Shown here one piece after another: positions 1 to 10,090 of a stretch of DNA of 37,965 nt. Where the stretch lies: positions 1 to 37,965 of the forward strand of contig JBLIRP010000031.1 of the NCBI GenBank assembly GCA_049472355.1, read 5' to 3'. Within the stretch, counting starts at the first letter, position 1; every line of letters begins with the position of its first letter. Made by a program: the position numbers and the translations under genes. The notes beneath the pieces were generated by a model. The model saw nothing but the letters and a program-made list of their open reading frames with translations, was not told where the DNA came from and searched no databases. The stretch is from a bacterium (GTDB taxonomy: Bacteria > SZUA-182 > DTGQ01 > JAFGSM01).

Positions 1-3000
1 GATATCTACACCACCTATACCTATGATGCCATGGGCCGTAGGCTCAACGAAACAATGAGCGCCGGTGGCTTAAGCCTCATTACCACCAATGTGTACGATA
101 CATCAGGGAGACTCCTTACCAGCATCGATCAAGCAGGACTCATTACTTCATATAGTTATGATCCGGATGGGTTGGTTACCACGGTGACACGGCCGGGTGG
201 TGCAACCGAAGTCACTACCAAATACCTTGACGGCCGGACGAAAAGCGTCACCGGCACAGGGGTAATTGCGCAATACTACGAATACCGCATCAATCCGGAT
301 AGTTCTCAATGGACCAAGGTATACACAGGGAGAGAAAACTCTCCCAGGTGGGAGAAGACCATTACGGATATGCTTGGGCGTACGGTACGCGTTGAGAGGC
401 CGGGATTTCAATCCATTGGCATTGAAGCAGAAGAAAGTACTTACGATACTAAAGGACAATTGATAAAAACAACTGCCAGCGGTTTGGCTGATACCCTGTA
501 TGAATATGATGAGATAGGAAACCAGATTAGAAGCGGCCTGGATGTGAATGCCAATGGATCTCTTGATCTTGACGCCAATGATCGAATAGCCGAAAGCAAA
601 ACTTATTATACTGTGATCGGTGGTGTTGTATGGGAAGAGACAGTCCAGCATGTCTATGTCAAAGAATCCGATGCGAATGCCGCCATCACCGGTATCCGGA
701 GGACACGATTAACCGGTCTTGGTCCCGGCACAAATACGGAAGAGGTTATCTCGATCGACATCCACGGAAATCAGACCATAACCCGTGTCGTTATCGATCA
801 TAATCATAAGACCGAGACCCGCATCATGGATTATCCTGACTCTTCAACCAATGAGGTGTCCGTGAGCGTGAACGGCCTGCTTATTTTTTCGCAAAGCAAG
901 ACCGGAGTTGATACCACCTACGTCTATGACGCCCTCGGAAGACAAACCGGCATCACCGATCCGCGCATCGGCACCACCATTACCCATTATAACAGTAAGG
1001 GCCAGGTGGACTATGTGGAGGACCCCGCAGGGAACCGCACCCGGTATGAGTACGACCCTACGACAGGGCAGAAAACGGCTGAAATTGATGCGCTCAACAA
1101 GGCGACCCGCTATGCATACAATGACCTGGGGCAGATCACGCATACATGGGGTGATGTCCCCTATCCTGTCCACTATATCTATGACATCTATGGTCAGATG
1201 AACGAAATGTATACCTATCGTGATGGAACAAACTGGAACTCCGAAACCTGGCCCTCTGAATCAGCAGGCACCGGTGACGTGACCCGCTGGCATTACGATG
1301 AGGCAACAGGCCTTCTGATTGCCAAAGAGGATGCCGCAGGAAAGAGTGTCACCTACACGTATACCCTTGGCGGAAGGCTTGCTGCCCGGACATGGGCGAG
1401 GCTGGACAGTGGCAGTCCACTCGTGACAGCCTATTCCTACAGCTCAAGCACCGGGGAACTGCTTTCCATCGACTATTCCGATTCTACCCCGGATATCACC
1501 TTCAACTATGACCGCCTGGGACGGCAGAAGACCGTTACCGATGCCGTAGGCACGCGTACCTTTGCCTACAATAGCTCCTTGCAGCTTCAGTCGGAAACCA
1601 TCACCGGCCTTTATGAGAAGGTGATCACCCGCACCTACGATACCGGCGGGGTACCCGGCCAGAGCAGCGGCTTTACGCTTGGATCGGACGGCATATCGGA
1701 TTATAGATTGACATATGGCTATGATGATGCAGGCCGCCATTATCAAGTCGGATGGAATGTGCAAGGCAACAGCGGGACGGCAACCTACTCCTATCTGCCC
1801 GACTCGGATCTTCTCCATCAACTGACCACGGACTCCGGGCAAAAGACAACGTATTCGTATGAACCGCATCGTGATCTTCGTACCCAGGTGAAAAATGAAT
1901 TTAATACCCAGGTCATCTCGCAATATGACTATGAATACGATCCTGTGGGCCGGAGGATTTCTGTTTCAAACAGCGGCCAGGCATTCTCTGCCGTTACCAA
2001 TGCCTTCAATATTTATCAATACAACAATCGAAGTGAGCTTTCCGAATCTTCCCGTTACTTAGGAGAAGATTTATCCAATATCAGCAATCCGGTTCAATCC
2101 GAATATCGTGCATATATCTATGATACTATAGGAAATCGGACAGAGATTGCTGAAGCAACCGAAACTAAAAGCTATACGACCAATGCCCTAAACCAGTATA
2201 TCCAGCATACGATTCCCGGAGATAGCATAAGCAGTTTTACCTATGATGATGACGGCAACCTAAGAGGAGTCACAAGTGATCTCAAATATACATTATATAC
2301 CTATAATGCTGAAAACCAGCTTGTTGCAGTCGAACCCCAAAATCCCACAAATAGTGAAAAAAAGATTGAATGTATATACGACTACATGGGACGGCGGGTA
2401 ATAAAGAAATCATATAGATGGAATGAAGTTGCATGGACTATTGACGAAGAGATTTTGTTTATATATGATAACTGGAATATTATCTCAGAAATAAAAAATG
2501 GGGAACAAATAACAACTAAATACTATGTCTGGGGCCTTGATCTGAGTAGGTCACTGCAGGGTGCTGGTGGGGTAGGTGGACTGTTAGCTTCAGTGGATAT
2601 AGGATCATCCAGTACCTATTATTATCTTTATGATGTGAATGGGAATGTTGGGCAGTTGGTGGATAGTGGTAGCGGGGAAATTGTGGCTCATTATGAGTAT
2701 GATCCATTTGGGAATGGAATTACAGTGAGTGGCAGTGTAGCTGGGGAAAATGCGTTTAGGTTTAGTACGAAATACTTAGACGTTGAGACAGTATTAGTCT
2801 CTTATGGGTATCGATATTATTTTCCTGAGTTTGGAAGATCGATAAGTAAGGACCCACTTGAAGAGAATGGTGGCGCAAATTTATATGCCTTTGCTGGAAA
2901 TGATTCTATTAATTCTATTGATGTAATTGGCTTATGGAAATGGAAAGATGGAAGGCGTCAAGGAAACTCGAAAGCAACAGTTATTTCTGAAAAATGCGCT

Positions 3001-3615
3001 GATCCTTATAAGGATTTGGCAAAATTGGTGCATCTTGACTTATCTGAAATAGCGATGTGGCTAAAAAGATGGAAAAAGAATGCTGAGGTAACCGAAAATG
3101 AAGAATTTTTAGTTCCAAATACTTTTGTCATTGCAATAGGCGAAAATGAAGGCCGTATATCACGATTTGCACTTGCTCAAAATATCATGGCACTTACAAA
3201 AGCTTTGGAACGTAGAGGGTTTCTTGTTTTATGGTATGATCAACAAAATGGTGGTAATATGCAAAATGTAATTGGTAGCACAATAAATGATGATACATGG
3301 GGATATGCATTTTTCGGCCATGGCAATATAGCACTTAGAGCATGGTATGATTGGAGAAAAGATCCTGTTTATGCTGCTGTTAATGGTACTTTTCTTTGGG
3401 ATATGGAAAATTTTCAATTTATCGGGCCATATCATTTAGAAAGAGACTTTAAATTTGGGTTAGGAATTAATTATCATTGTTTTGCTGATGAACAAGAATG
3501 GAATATGCTTTCAATAAAATACTATGGTGCGAGAGGATTATCTGTTATTTCAGGAACAAGAACGATACGTTGGTATGGAACTTGGAATGGATTAGTTGGG
3601 AAAGCGACAGATTAA
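1..3615 (+). CDS. Rhs/YD-repeat protein with RHS-associated core and C-terminal toxin-like domain (5' end outside window)
   Basis: The frame is open from base 1 (DIYTTYTYDAMGRR...). It has many YDxxGR/YD repeats and the core motifs YVWGLDLS...GAGGVGGL, YEYDPFG, FRFSTKY, YGYRYY, KDPLEE.GG.NLY and the cleavage-type motif IDVIGL, followed by an AT-rich C-terminal domain from 2935. Confidence 0.95.
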   Translation, partial: DIYTTYTYDAMGRRLNETMSAGGLSLITTNVYDTSGRLLTSIDQAGLITSYSYDPDGLVTTVTRPGGATEVTTKYLDGRTKSVTGTGVIAQYYEYRINPDSSQWTKVYTGRENSPRWEKTITDMLGRTVRVERPGFQSIGIEAEESTYDTKGQLIKTTASGLADTLYEYDEIGNQIRSGLDVNANGSLDLDANDRIAESKTYYTVIGGVVWEETVQHVYVKESDANAAITGIRRTRLTGLGPGTNTEEVISIDIHGNQTITRVVIDHNHKTETRIMDYPDSSTNEVSVSVNGLLIFSQSKTGVDTTYVYDALGRQTGITDPRIGTTITHYNSKGQVDYVEDPAGNRTRYEYDPTTGQKTAEIDALNKATRYAYNDLGQITHTWGDVPYPVHYIYDIYGQMNEMYTYRDGTNWNSETWPSESAGTGDVTRWHYDEATGLLIAKEDAAGKSVTYTYTLGGRLAARTWARLDSGSPLVTAYSYSSSTGELLSIDYSDSTPDITFNYDRLGRQKTVTDAVGTRTFAYNSSLQLQSETITGLYEKVITRTYDTGGVPGQSSGFTLGSDGISDYRLTYGYDDAGRHYQVGWNVQGNSGTATYSYLPDSDLLHQLTTDSGQKTTYSYEPHRDLRTQVKNEFNTQVISQYDYEYDPVGRRISVSNSGQAFSAVTNAFNIYQYNNRSELSESSRYLGEDLSNISNPVQSEYRAYIYDTIGNRTEIAEATETKSYTTNALNQYIQHTIPGDSISSFTYDDDGNLRGVTSDLKYTLYTYNAENQLVAVEPQNPTNSEKKIECIYDYMGRRVIKKSYRWNEVAWTIDEEILFIYDNWNIISEIKNGEQITTKYYVWGLDLSRSLQGAGGVGGLLASVDIGSSSTYYYLYDVNGNVGQLVDSGSGEIVAHYEYDPFGNGITVSGSVAGENAFRFSTKYLDVETVLVSYGYRYYFPEFGRSISKDPLEENGGANLYAFAGNDSINSIDVIGLWKWKDGRRQGNSKATVISEKCADPYKDLAKLVHLDLSEIAMWLKRWKKNAEVTENEEFLVPNTFVIAIGENEGRISRFALAQNIMALTKALERRGFLVLWYDQQNGGNMQNVIGSTINDDTWGYAFFGHGNIALRAWYDWRKDPVYAAVNGTFLWDMENFQFIGPYHLERDFKFGLGINYHCFADEQEWNMLSIKYYGARGLSVISGTRTIRWYGTWNGLVGKATD

Positions 3616-3874
3616 GAAATTGTAACGATTTATTAAAAAAAAGTTCATCCAAATATGAATATTTGGTTCTCGTATGTCTATGAATTGTGTCTATTTTGTT
3701 AATCAGTACAATTAATTTAGGACTTTTTCCCTTAAAGGAAATAGCCTTCCCGTCGTATTTGGACGTCTATCGTGACGAAGAGGAAATAGGTATATTATTT
3801 TACAATTTTTAAGATATTGAAATTATTAGTTAATTATTTAGGCGCCCATTTCCGTATGAAACAAAAAGTAAAAT

Positions 3875-4309
3875 ATGTATATAAAAATAACAAATAAAAT
3901 TATCTATATATTTCTCTTTGTTACCATTTTCTTAGGATGTGATAATATAATTTTAAATAAACAAAAGGCTCAAATAGCCTTAAATAATCATTACGTTACT
4001 ATAATAATCTCAAAATTAAATTATTATAAATATAAAAAGAGTACATTACCAAATAAAATAGATGAATTAAACGATTACGACATCATAAAAGATATTTTGT
4101 TAAAAAGAGATGTCTTTTATAACAGAGATGGATTTTTAGATCATTCAGGTAATTTGTGGCTTATAGTTCTTTATGATAAAGGTATGCCGAGCTCTCTTTT
4201 TGTCGGTAATTTAAATGATAATAAAATGATTCCAAGAGAAGAAATTAACTTTTCCCTTGTAAAAATCCCGTCTGACTCCAAAATAGACACTAAAGAAGAA
4301 ATTTTTTAA
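3875..4309 (+). CDS. Putative lipoprotein, candidate Rhs immunity protein (3' end overlaps an IS-end relic)
   Basis: AT-rich ORF 260 bp downstream of the Rhs stop. It has a basic N-terminus, a hydrophobic stretch and a lipobox-like FLGC. Confidence 0.6.
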   Translation: MYIKITNKIIYIFLFVTIFLGCDNIILNKQKAQIALNNHYVTIIISKLNYYKYKKSTLPNKIDELNDYDIIKDILLKRDVFYNRDGFLDHSGNLWLIVLYDKGMPSSLFVGNLNDNKMIPREEINFSLVKIPSDSKIDTKEEIF

Positions 4310-4475
4310 GAAATTATCAGTGCGATGGAGCCATCTTATGGATAAAAGCAGAACGTTATGATGAAAAAAGTCATTAAAAATAGAAAAGAGGGTAGTAAAT
4401 ATACAGCAAAGGTACTTGCTTTAAAAAAAATGGCTTAAGCAGCTTCCTGCCGTTAATATATATGCTGCAGGCCAC
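4251..4475 (-). repeat. Older diverged copy of the IS end found at 4501-4735
   Basis: Collinear with 4501-4735: TCCCTTGT.AAAA, GACTCCAAAAT, TTTTTAAG, ATAAAAGC, ATGAAAA, GCTTAAGC and TATGCTGCAGGCCAC are shared. On the minus strand it encodes SGLQHIY*RQEAA*, a broken transposase C-terminus. Confidence 0.85.
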
Positions 4476-4500
4476 TGAATCTCGAAACAGGAATCACCGT

Positions 4501-5771
4501 TGTCCCTTGTCAAAACCTCATCCGACTCCAAAATGAACCTTAATCTATTCTATTTTTAAGCATTCATTATTGTGATATAAACATCCACTGCATAAAAGCC
4601 AACCTAAACGATGAAAATATTCACAGAAAATATAAGGGAGGGGAGAGCTATCCCATAAGAATACTTTAAAGATACTTGTTTTTAAAAAATGAGCTTAAGC
4701 CGCTTTCTGCCATTCATATGTATGCTGCAGGCCACCAACCCGTGAAATTGGCGTCACCTTGCTGCTTCAGAAGGCTTATGTTTTATTGCCCGTCCCTTTG
4801 GTGTATTTCTATATAGAGATAGATGACACCGATTATTATTGTAGTAGTCAATATATCCTGCTAATACCCGTCTTATATGCCCTTCGCTCAGGACAATCAT
4901 ATGATTGAGCAGGTCATCCCTTGCTGATAAAATCCGCCGTTCTGCGATACCATTCTGCCACGGAGCCTGATAGCTGATTAGTTTTGGTTGTATATGCATA
5001 TTCCTGATGCACTGTTTGACCTGCGGTGAGAAGATGCTGTCTCGATCAAAGATCAGATACCGAGGAGCCGAATCAAAGGGAAACGCCTCCCGCAGTTGCT
5101 GCATCATCCAGTCTGCAGAAGGATGCCCGGTTACATTGAAATGAAGGATTTTTCGTCTTGCATGTTCTATAATGAAGAAAACATACACAAACGTGAAATT
5201 AACGGTTGGAACGACAAAGAAATCCATCGCTGAAATGGCCTCTCGATGATTTTTCAGGAATGTAGTCCATGATTGACCCTTTTTCCCTCGCCATTTGGTA
5301 AATCAAGTCTCTCATTTCTTTTGTGGTCATCCTTCGACCACACTTTTTCTGGGAGGATATTTTTGTCCAATGCCTTTTAAAAAGCCTCCTTTGCCAATGG
5401 ATAACCGTTTCAGGCTTTACAATGATCAAGGTATCAGTCCATTTAGACCATGATTTTTTTAACGCAATCCAGAAGAAGCGATCCCGTTCTTTTATTGCTT
5501 GTTGTATCTTTTTGGCCTTGTATGTTGAAAGCTGCTGTCTCAGTGCCAGATTTTAAATAATGAGGTCGTTTTTTGATGTAAAAACTGTTTTAGAAATTGT
5601 TGTCAAAATGATTAAGATCTCGGTTAGAACTCGATACATTGACAAAAGAATACTCCTTTTGGAATTTCAGAAATTGGATATTTTTGTGGTGTGTTTTTCT
5701 ATGATGCTCAAAAATCATTATGTTCTATATAACTCGTTAATATTGTTTAATGAAGGCATTTTGACAGGACA
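4501..5771 (-). mobile_element. Degenerate IS with integrase-core (rve) transposase and TGT...ACA ends (IS481-like)
   Basis: Imperfect terminal inverted repeats: TGTCCCTTGTCAAAA at 4501 and the reverse complement of TGTCCTGTCAAAA at 5759-5771. They flank a transposase pseudogene. No target duplication was seen. Confidence 0.75.
4695..5639 (-). pseudogene. Integrase-core-domain transposase pseudogene
   Basis: The fragments read MYRVLTE...LII*NLALRQQL...IVKPETVIHWQR...MARE / QSWTTFLKNH...MDFFVVPT...DRDSIF...PWQNGIAER...YYNNNRCH / VGGLQHTYEWQKAA*. Lesions are a premature TAA at 5553-5555, an internal deletion with frameshift near 5285, and a frameshift near 4760. Confidence 0.9.
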
Positions 5772-5774
5772 TAA

Positions 5775-6029
5775 TTATTTTTTGTAAACAACTTTAGGAA
5801 AAATAAATAGGTCATATTCATCTTCAATTTTGATACATTCTTTATGGCACGTTTCCTCAACTTGATCAATAGGTAAATCTTTTGGAATAGTTATTTCGAA
5901 CGTAAAATCTTCATCCTCATAATTATGGATTGGCTTTATTTTTATTCCCGGATACTTCTGGTGAAGGGAATTTACCAATTTTGTGACAGCCTCTGCAAGG
6001 CTTTTTTCAACGGCTATTGCCTGAGGCAT
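5775..6029 (-). CDS. Small protein adjacent to HEPN gene; possible degenerate MNT-fold antitoxin
   Basis: An AGGAGG RBS lies inside the upstream gene end, with a 3-bp gap between genes. EDEDFTFEI and IEDEYDLFIFPKV resemble MNT elements, but no GS motif is present. Confidence 0.6.
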   Translation of the reverse strand: MPQAIAVEKSLAEAVTKLVNSLHQKYPGIKIKPIHNYEDEDFTFEITIPKDLPIDQVEETCHKECIKIEDEYDLFIFPKVVYKK

Positions 6030-6032
6030 TTT

Positions 6033-6435
6033 TTATCTACCTCCTTTTTTATCAATAATATTTATAACTTGTTCTACTACCTTTAGCAGTTCCTCTAACT
6101 TATTCTCATCTATCTCTAAGGCATCATAATCACTCTTAATCCTATAAGAGTAAAGCTGCCTTAAAGCTAATCGTTTATCTTCCAATAAACCTGGGCCAGT
6201 TTTGGGATGATTCGGTTCAAACCAATATCCCCTAATAAAATGTTTTATTATGGCAAGATGTCGCCACATCTCTCCATCTTTGAGAGTACCTAAAGCTGAA
6301 CATTGCTTGATATGAAGCATAATACGCCCTTGATTCACAGCTATTGAATCTTTTCTGGTTAAATAACTCAATGGCATCTTCAAGATATTTCTTAGCAGAT
6401 TCCAACCGGTACTTTATCATAAGTATTCTCTTCAT
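6033..6435 (-). pseudogene. HEPN-domain protein (UPF0332-like), frameshifted
   Basis: The N-half AKKYLEDAIELF...SRAYYASYQAM (6232-6435 frame) continues as ALGT...WRHLAII...LYSYRIKSDY (6033-6383 frame). The shift is near 6298. Confidence 0.8.
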
Positions 6436-6529
6436 TCTTTCTTAAAGATTTTGATATTTAATGTAAGATCAATTTAGTAAGGATAATAAAATAATAGCAG
6501 ATTCTTATCTTTTTTTCCAAGGACGACTG

Positions 6530-6701
6530 TCATTCCTCTGGCACGCAGTGGACAGTGGCCTAGACCGGGCGGATCGATTCCCCACGGTGGGAAAAGACCA
6601 TTACAGATATGCTTGGGCATACGGTACGCGTTGAGAGGCCGGGATTGCAATCTGCTGCGATCGAAATAGAGGAAAATTTCTACAATGCCAAAGGACAGCT
6701 C
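6530..6701 (+). pseudogene. Rhs core fragment paralogous to positions ~290-462
   Basis: Reads QWTVA*TGRIDSPRWEKTITDMLGHTVRVERPG...YNAKGQL, versus QWTKVYTGRENSPRWEKTITDMLGRTVRVERPG...YDTKGQL in the intact gene. It contains an in-frame TAG. Confidence 0.9.
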
Positions 6702-7001
6702 AGTGGATGGACATTTTACATATCCGGTGATCCTGAACGGTTTTGCCACATGAGTAGGGTAGGGGAAGTCAGAACCGTGAAAGAAAATGAGAACAATCAT
6801 TTGGGATAAAACATTCATTGAATTGTTGTATATTAGTCCATTCAAAGCACAGTTTGAAAAAATTTAGAACCTCTTTTCATTTTTTGATATATATCCCTTG
6901 AATATTTTTCTGAAATCCAATCCCTTGAAAAAATATGCGGTAAAAAATATACTGTATTGACCCCCCCTTTTCTCCCCATATTTCTGGATAACGAGACACG
7001 C

Positions 7002-9947
7002 ATGGAACATGAGGAAAAGAACACAGCACGGCTCAAAGCGGAGCTAACGGCGCTCCGTCGCACGGTTTCCTCATTGAGGAAAGAGAATGCACGACTCAAG
7101 CGCGACCTTGAATGCAGCGGCGCCAGGATCCTCAAGGCCGTGTGTGCCGTGTCCGAGCAGTTTCTTCGCTCCGCGCCGCAGGATGACAAGGTTATGCAGG
7201 ATATGGTGGCTCCCCTTGGTGAGGTCACCATGATGAGCCGTATCTCCATTTATGAAAACACCGTCGGGGTAGATGGTGATCTCCTCACCAGCAAACAGTA
7301 TGAATGGGCTGCCCCGGACATCATCCCCTCCCATGACGTGCGGAGACTGCAGGTGTACTCATGGAAGGACACGTCCTTAAGGCGTTGGAGGGATCTCCTT
7401 TCACAGGGCGGCATCATTTACGGTCCGGTGAAGGATCTCCCGGCGGAGGAACGCGATGCCCTGGGGTTGCAGGATACCGTTTCCATAGCAGTGCTTCCCA
7501 TTTTTTCAGGGAGAAGGTGGTGGGGATTCATAAGATTCGAACAGACCCGGCGGAAAAGGGAATGGTCGCCGACCGAGGTCGACGCCCTCAAGACCGCAGC
7601 GGATATCCTGGGTGTCCTCATTTACTGGAAACAGATGATGGACCAGCGGAAGGAGAGCGAGAGGAGATTCAGGAACCTCTCCGAAGAGATCTCCGATGGG
7701 GTGGTGGTGATCGTGGACAAGAGGATCCGATGGGTGAACAAGGCCTTTCAGGACATATTCGGGTATTCGCACCAGGAGTTGATCGGAAAGGGCCTCGATT
7801 TCCTCGTTGTTTCCGAAGAGATCGATGATATGATCACCATGATCGAACGGGAACTGCATCGCAGGAATCATACCGCCTACACGGAGATTACGGCTGAGCG
7901 CGCCGATGGGGTGCGGATCAGCATCGATTGCGTCGGCAGGAAGACCGTTTTTGAGAATGAACCCGGCATACAGCTCCTGGTCCGCGATGTCACCAAGCGC
8001 AAGCAGGTTGAACGGGCGCTTCGCGACAGTGAGGAGCGGTTTCGGGTCATTGTCCAGAATGCCCCGTTTCCCATATCCATTTTCGATTCCACCGGCATAT
8101 ACCTGTATACCAACAGGAAGTTCAACGAGGTCTTCGGCTACACCCTGCAGGATATCCCCACCGGAAAGCGATGGTTCGAGCTGGCATTTCCCGATCCAGA
8201 ATCCCGTAAGGCAATCGTATCCGCCTGGAAGGCCGACTTACGAGAGCTGCGCAAGGGGAGACTCAGGCAACGGCTGTTCCCCGTACAGTGCAAGGACGGA
8301 AAGACACGCCAGATCATATTCAGACCGCTTCCCATGAGCGACGACAAGCTGTTCGTCATCTACGAGGATATCACCGATCGTATGCTGGCCCAGGAGGAGA
8401 TCTTCAAGGCAAAGGAGTATCTGGAGAAGGTCTTCAACAGCGTGACGGATGCGATCATCGTGACCACCCTGAAACGGAGGATCGTCACCTGCAACAATGC
8501 GGCTGAGAGGGTATTCGGCTTCCACACGGAAGAGATCGTGGGCAGGAGCATCAGGACGTTGTTTCCGAACAAGGCGGTGTTCAAGGACCTGATCCGCAGC
8601 ACCGCGAGAATGATCAGGGAGCAGGGTTATTTTGAGAAGGAGGTCACCTTGATGAGAAAGGATGGGAACCTCTTTCCCGCGTCCCTGATATCCTCGCTGT
8701 TGATCGGCGCCGATGGAAAACCCACCGGGATCGTTGCCGTGGGGAGGGATATCACCGAGCGAAAGTTCGCTGAGGAGGCGAAGGCAAAACTCGAGGCCGA
8801 GCTTTGCCAGGCCCGGAAGCTGGAGGCCATCGGGACGCTGGCAGGAGGTATTGCTCACGATTTCAATAACATCCTCCTGGTCATCCTGGGATACATCGAA
8901 CTGACCATGGATGCACTTGGCATGGGGAGTCCTGCCCTGTCGAACATGGAAGAGGCAATGAGGGCGTGCACCAGGGGAAAGGAACTGGTGCGGCAAATCC
9001 TCACCTTCAGCCGAAAGGTCAAGCAGGAACGGAAGCCCGTGCAGATATACCCCATTGTGGCGGAGGCACTCACCTTTATGCGTGCATCCCTGCCGAAGAC
9101 ATTGGAAATAGTGCATCACATAAATAAAAGCTGCGGCGCAGTCATGGCAGATCCCACCCAGATCCACCAGATTGTCATCAACCTGTGCTCCAATGCCTTT
9201 CATGCCATGAAGGGGCATAGGGGGACCCTGACCGTGACCCTGGATGAGATTGATATCACCCCGGAGCCCATGCGCACCTGTCCGGATCTCAAGGAAGGGA
9301 GATATGTTCGCCTCACGGTGAATGATACGGGCTCTGGCATCGAGGCGGAAAACCTGGAGCGGATCTTCGATCCCTTTTTCACCACCAAGTCTCCCGGCGA
9401 GGGGACCGGCATGGGACTGTCCACCGTTCTCGGCATCGTGAAGGCACACGACGGCGTCATCACCGTCTCAAGCCAATTGGGCAAGGGGACCACCTTTACG
9501 GTCTATTTCCCCTGTCTGGGCACGCGGGCGAAGCTGTGTGAGTTGAAGCAGGAACCAGTACCCCTGGGAAAGGAGCGCGTGCTCTTCGTGGACGACGAGG
9601 AGCCGATCACCATAGTCGGGAAGAAGACGCTGGAGCGTCTCGGATACCGGGTGACCGCACTGACCAGCAGCGTGGAGGCGCTGGAGGTCTTCCATGAGAA
9701 GCCGAACGATTTCGACGTGGTGGTCACCGATCAGACGTTGCCCACCATGACCGGCATGGAGTTTGCCAGTAAACTGAAGCACATACGCCCGACCATCCCG
9801 ATCATTCTCACCTCGGGATACAGCGAGGTGATAACCGAGGAAACGGCAAAGGCGGCCGGGATTCGGGACTTCATCATGAAGCCCTTCCTTGCACGGGACC
9901 TTGCCACCGCCATTCGAAGGGTCATGGACCAGGATTATATCGTTTAG
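7002..9947 (+). CDS. Hybrid sensor histidine kinase/response regulator (GAF, 3xPAS, HisKA, HATPase, REC)
   Basis: GAF-like WWGFIRF...REWS, three PAS-ending motifs (DVTKRK, DITDR, DITERK), H-box GGIAHDFNN, N-box NLCSNA, DTGSG, PFFTTK, GTGMGL, and REC motifs VDDE, TDQ, SG and KP. ATG 7002 was preferred over TTG 6957. Confidence 0.95.
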   Translation: MEHEEKNTARLKAELTALRRTVSSLRKENARLKRDLECSGARILKAVCAVSEQFLRSAPQDDKVMQDMVAPLGEVTMMSRISIYENTVGVDGDLLTSKQYEWAAPDIIPSHDVRRLQVYSWKDTSLRRWRDLLSQGGIIYGPVKDLPAEERDALGLQDTVSIAVLPIFSGRRWWGFIRFEQTRRKREWSPTEVDALKTAADILGVLIYWKQMMDQRKESERRFRNLSEEISDGVVVIVDKRIRWVNKAFQDIFGYSHQELIGKGLDFLVVSEEIDDMITMIERELHRRNHTAYTEITAERADGVRISIDCVGRKTVFENEPGIQLLVRDVTKRKQVERALRDSEERFRVIVQNAPFPISIFDSTGIYLYTNRKFNEVFGYTLQDIPTGKRWFELAFPDPESRKAIVSAWKADLRELRKGRLRQRLFPVQCKDGKTRQIIFRPLPMSDDKLFVIYEDITDRMLAQEEIFKAKEYLEKVFNSVTDAIIVTTLKRRIVTCNNAAERVFGFHTEEIVGRSIRTLFPNKAVFKDLIRSTARMIREQGYFEKEVTLMRKDGNLFPASLISSLLIGADGKPTGIVAVGRDITERKFAEEAKAKLEAELCQARKLEAIGTLAGGIAHDFNNILLVILGYIELTMDALGMGSPALSNMEEAMRACTRGKELVRQILTFSRKVKQERKPVQIYPIVAEALTFMRASLPKTLEIVHHINKSCGAVMADPTQIHQIVINLCSNAFHAMKGHRGTLTVTLDEIDITPEPMRTCPDLKEGRYVRLTVNDTGSGIEAENLERIFDPFFTTKSPGEGTGMGLSTVLGIVKAHDGVITVSSQLGKGTTFTVYFPCLGTRAKLCELKQEPVPLGKERVLFVDDEEPITIVGKKTLERLGYRVTALTSSVEALEVFHEKPNDFDVVVTDQTLPTMTGMEFASKLKHIRPTIPIILTSGYSEVITEETAKAAGIRDFIMKPFLARDLATAIRRVMDQDYIV

Positions 9948-10090
9948 GCCCGGGACCTGCCCCTGATTCGCATTCGCAAACAGGCGCCAGGCAGCATTGA
10001 TGACCCGCATGGCGGACGATGTCGTCGCACGTGCCCCTGCTTCTCATTCGGAAACGGACATGCGGTATCACTCGCAGGAGGAGCCGAATA

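Noticed and set aside
8238..9449. 403-aa minus-strand ORF
   Set aside because: Antisense shadow of the GC-rich histidine kinase, with no motifs.
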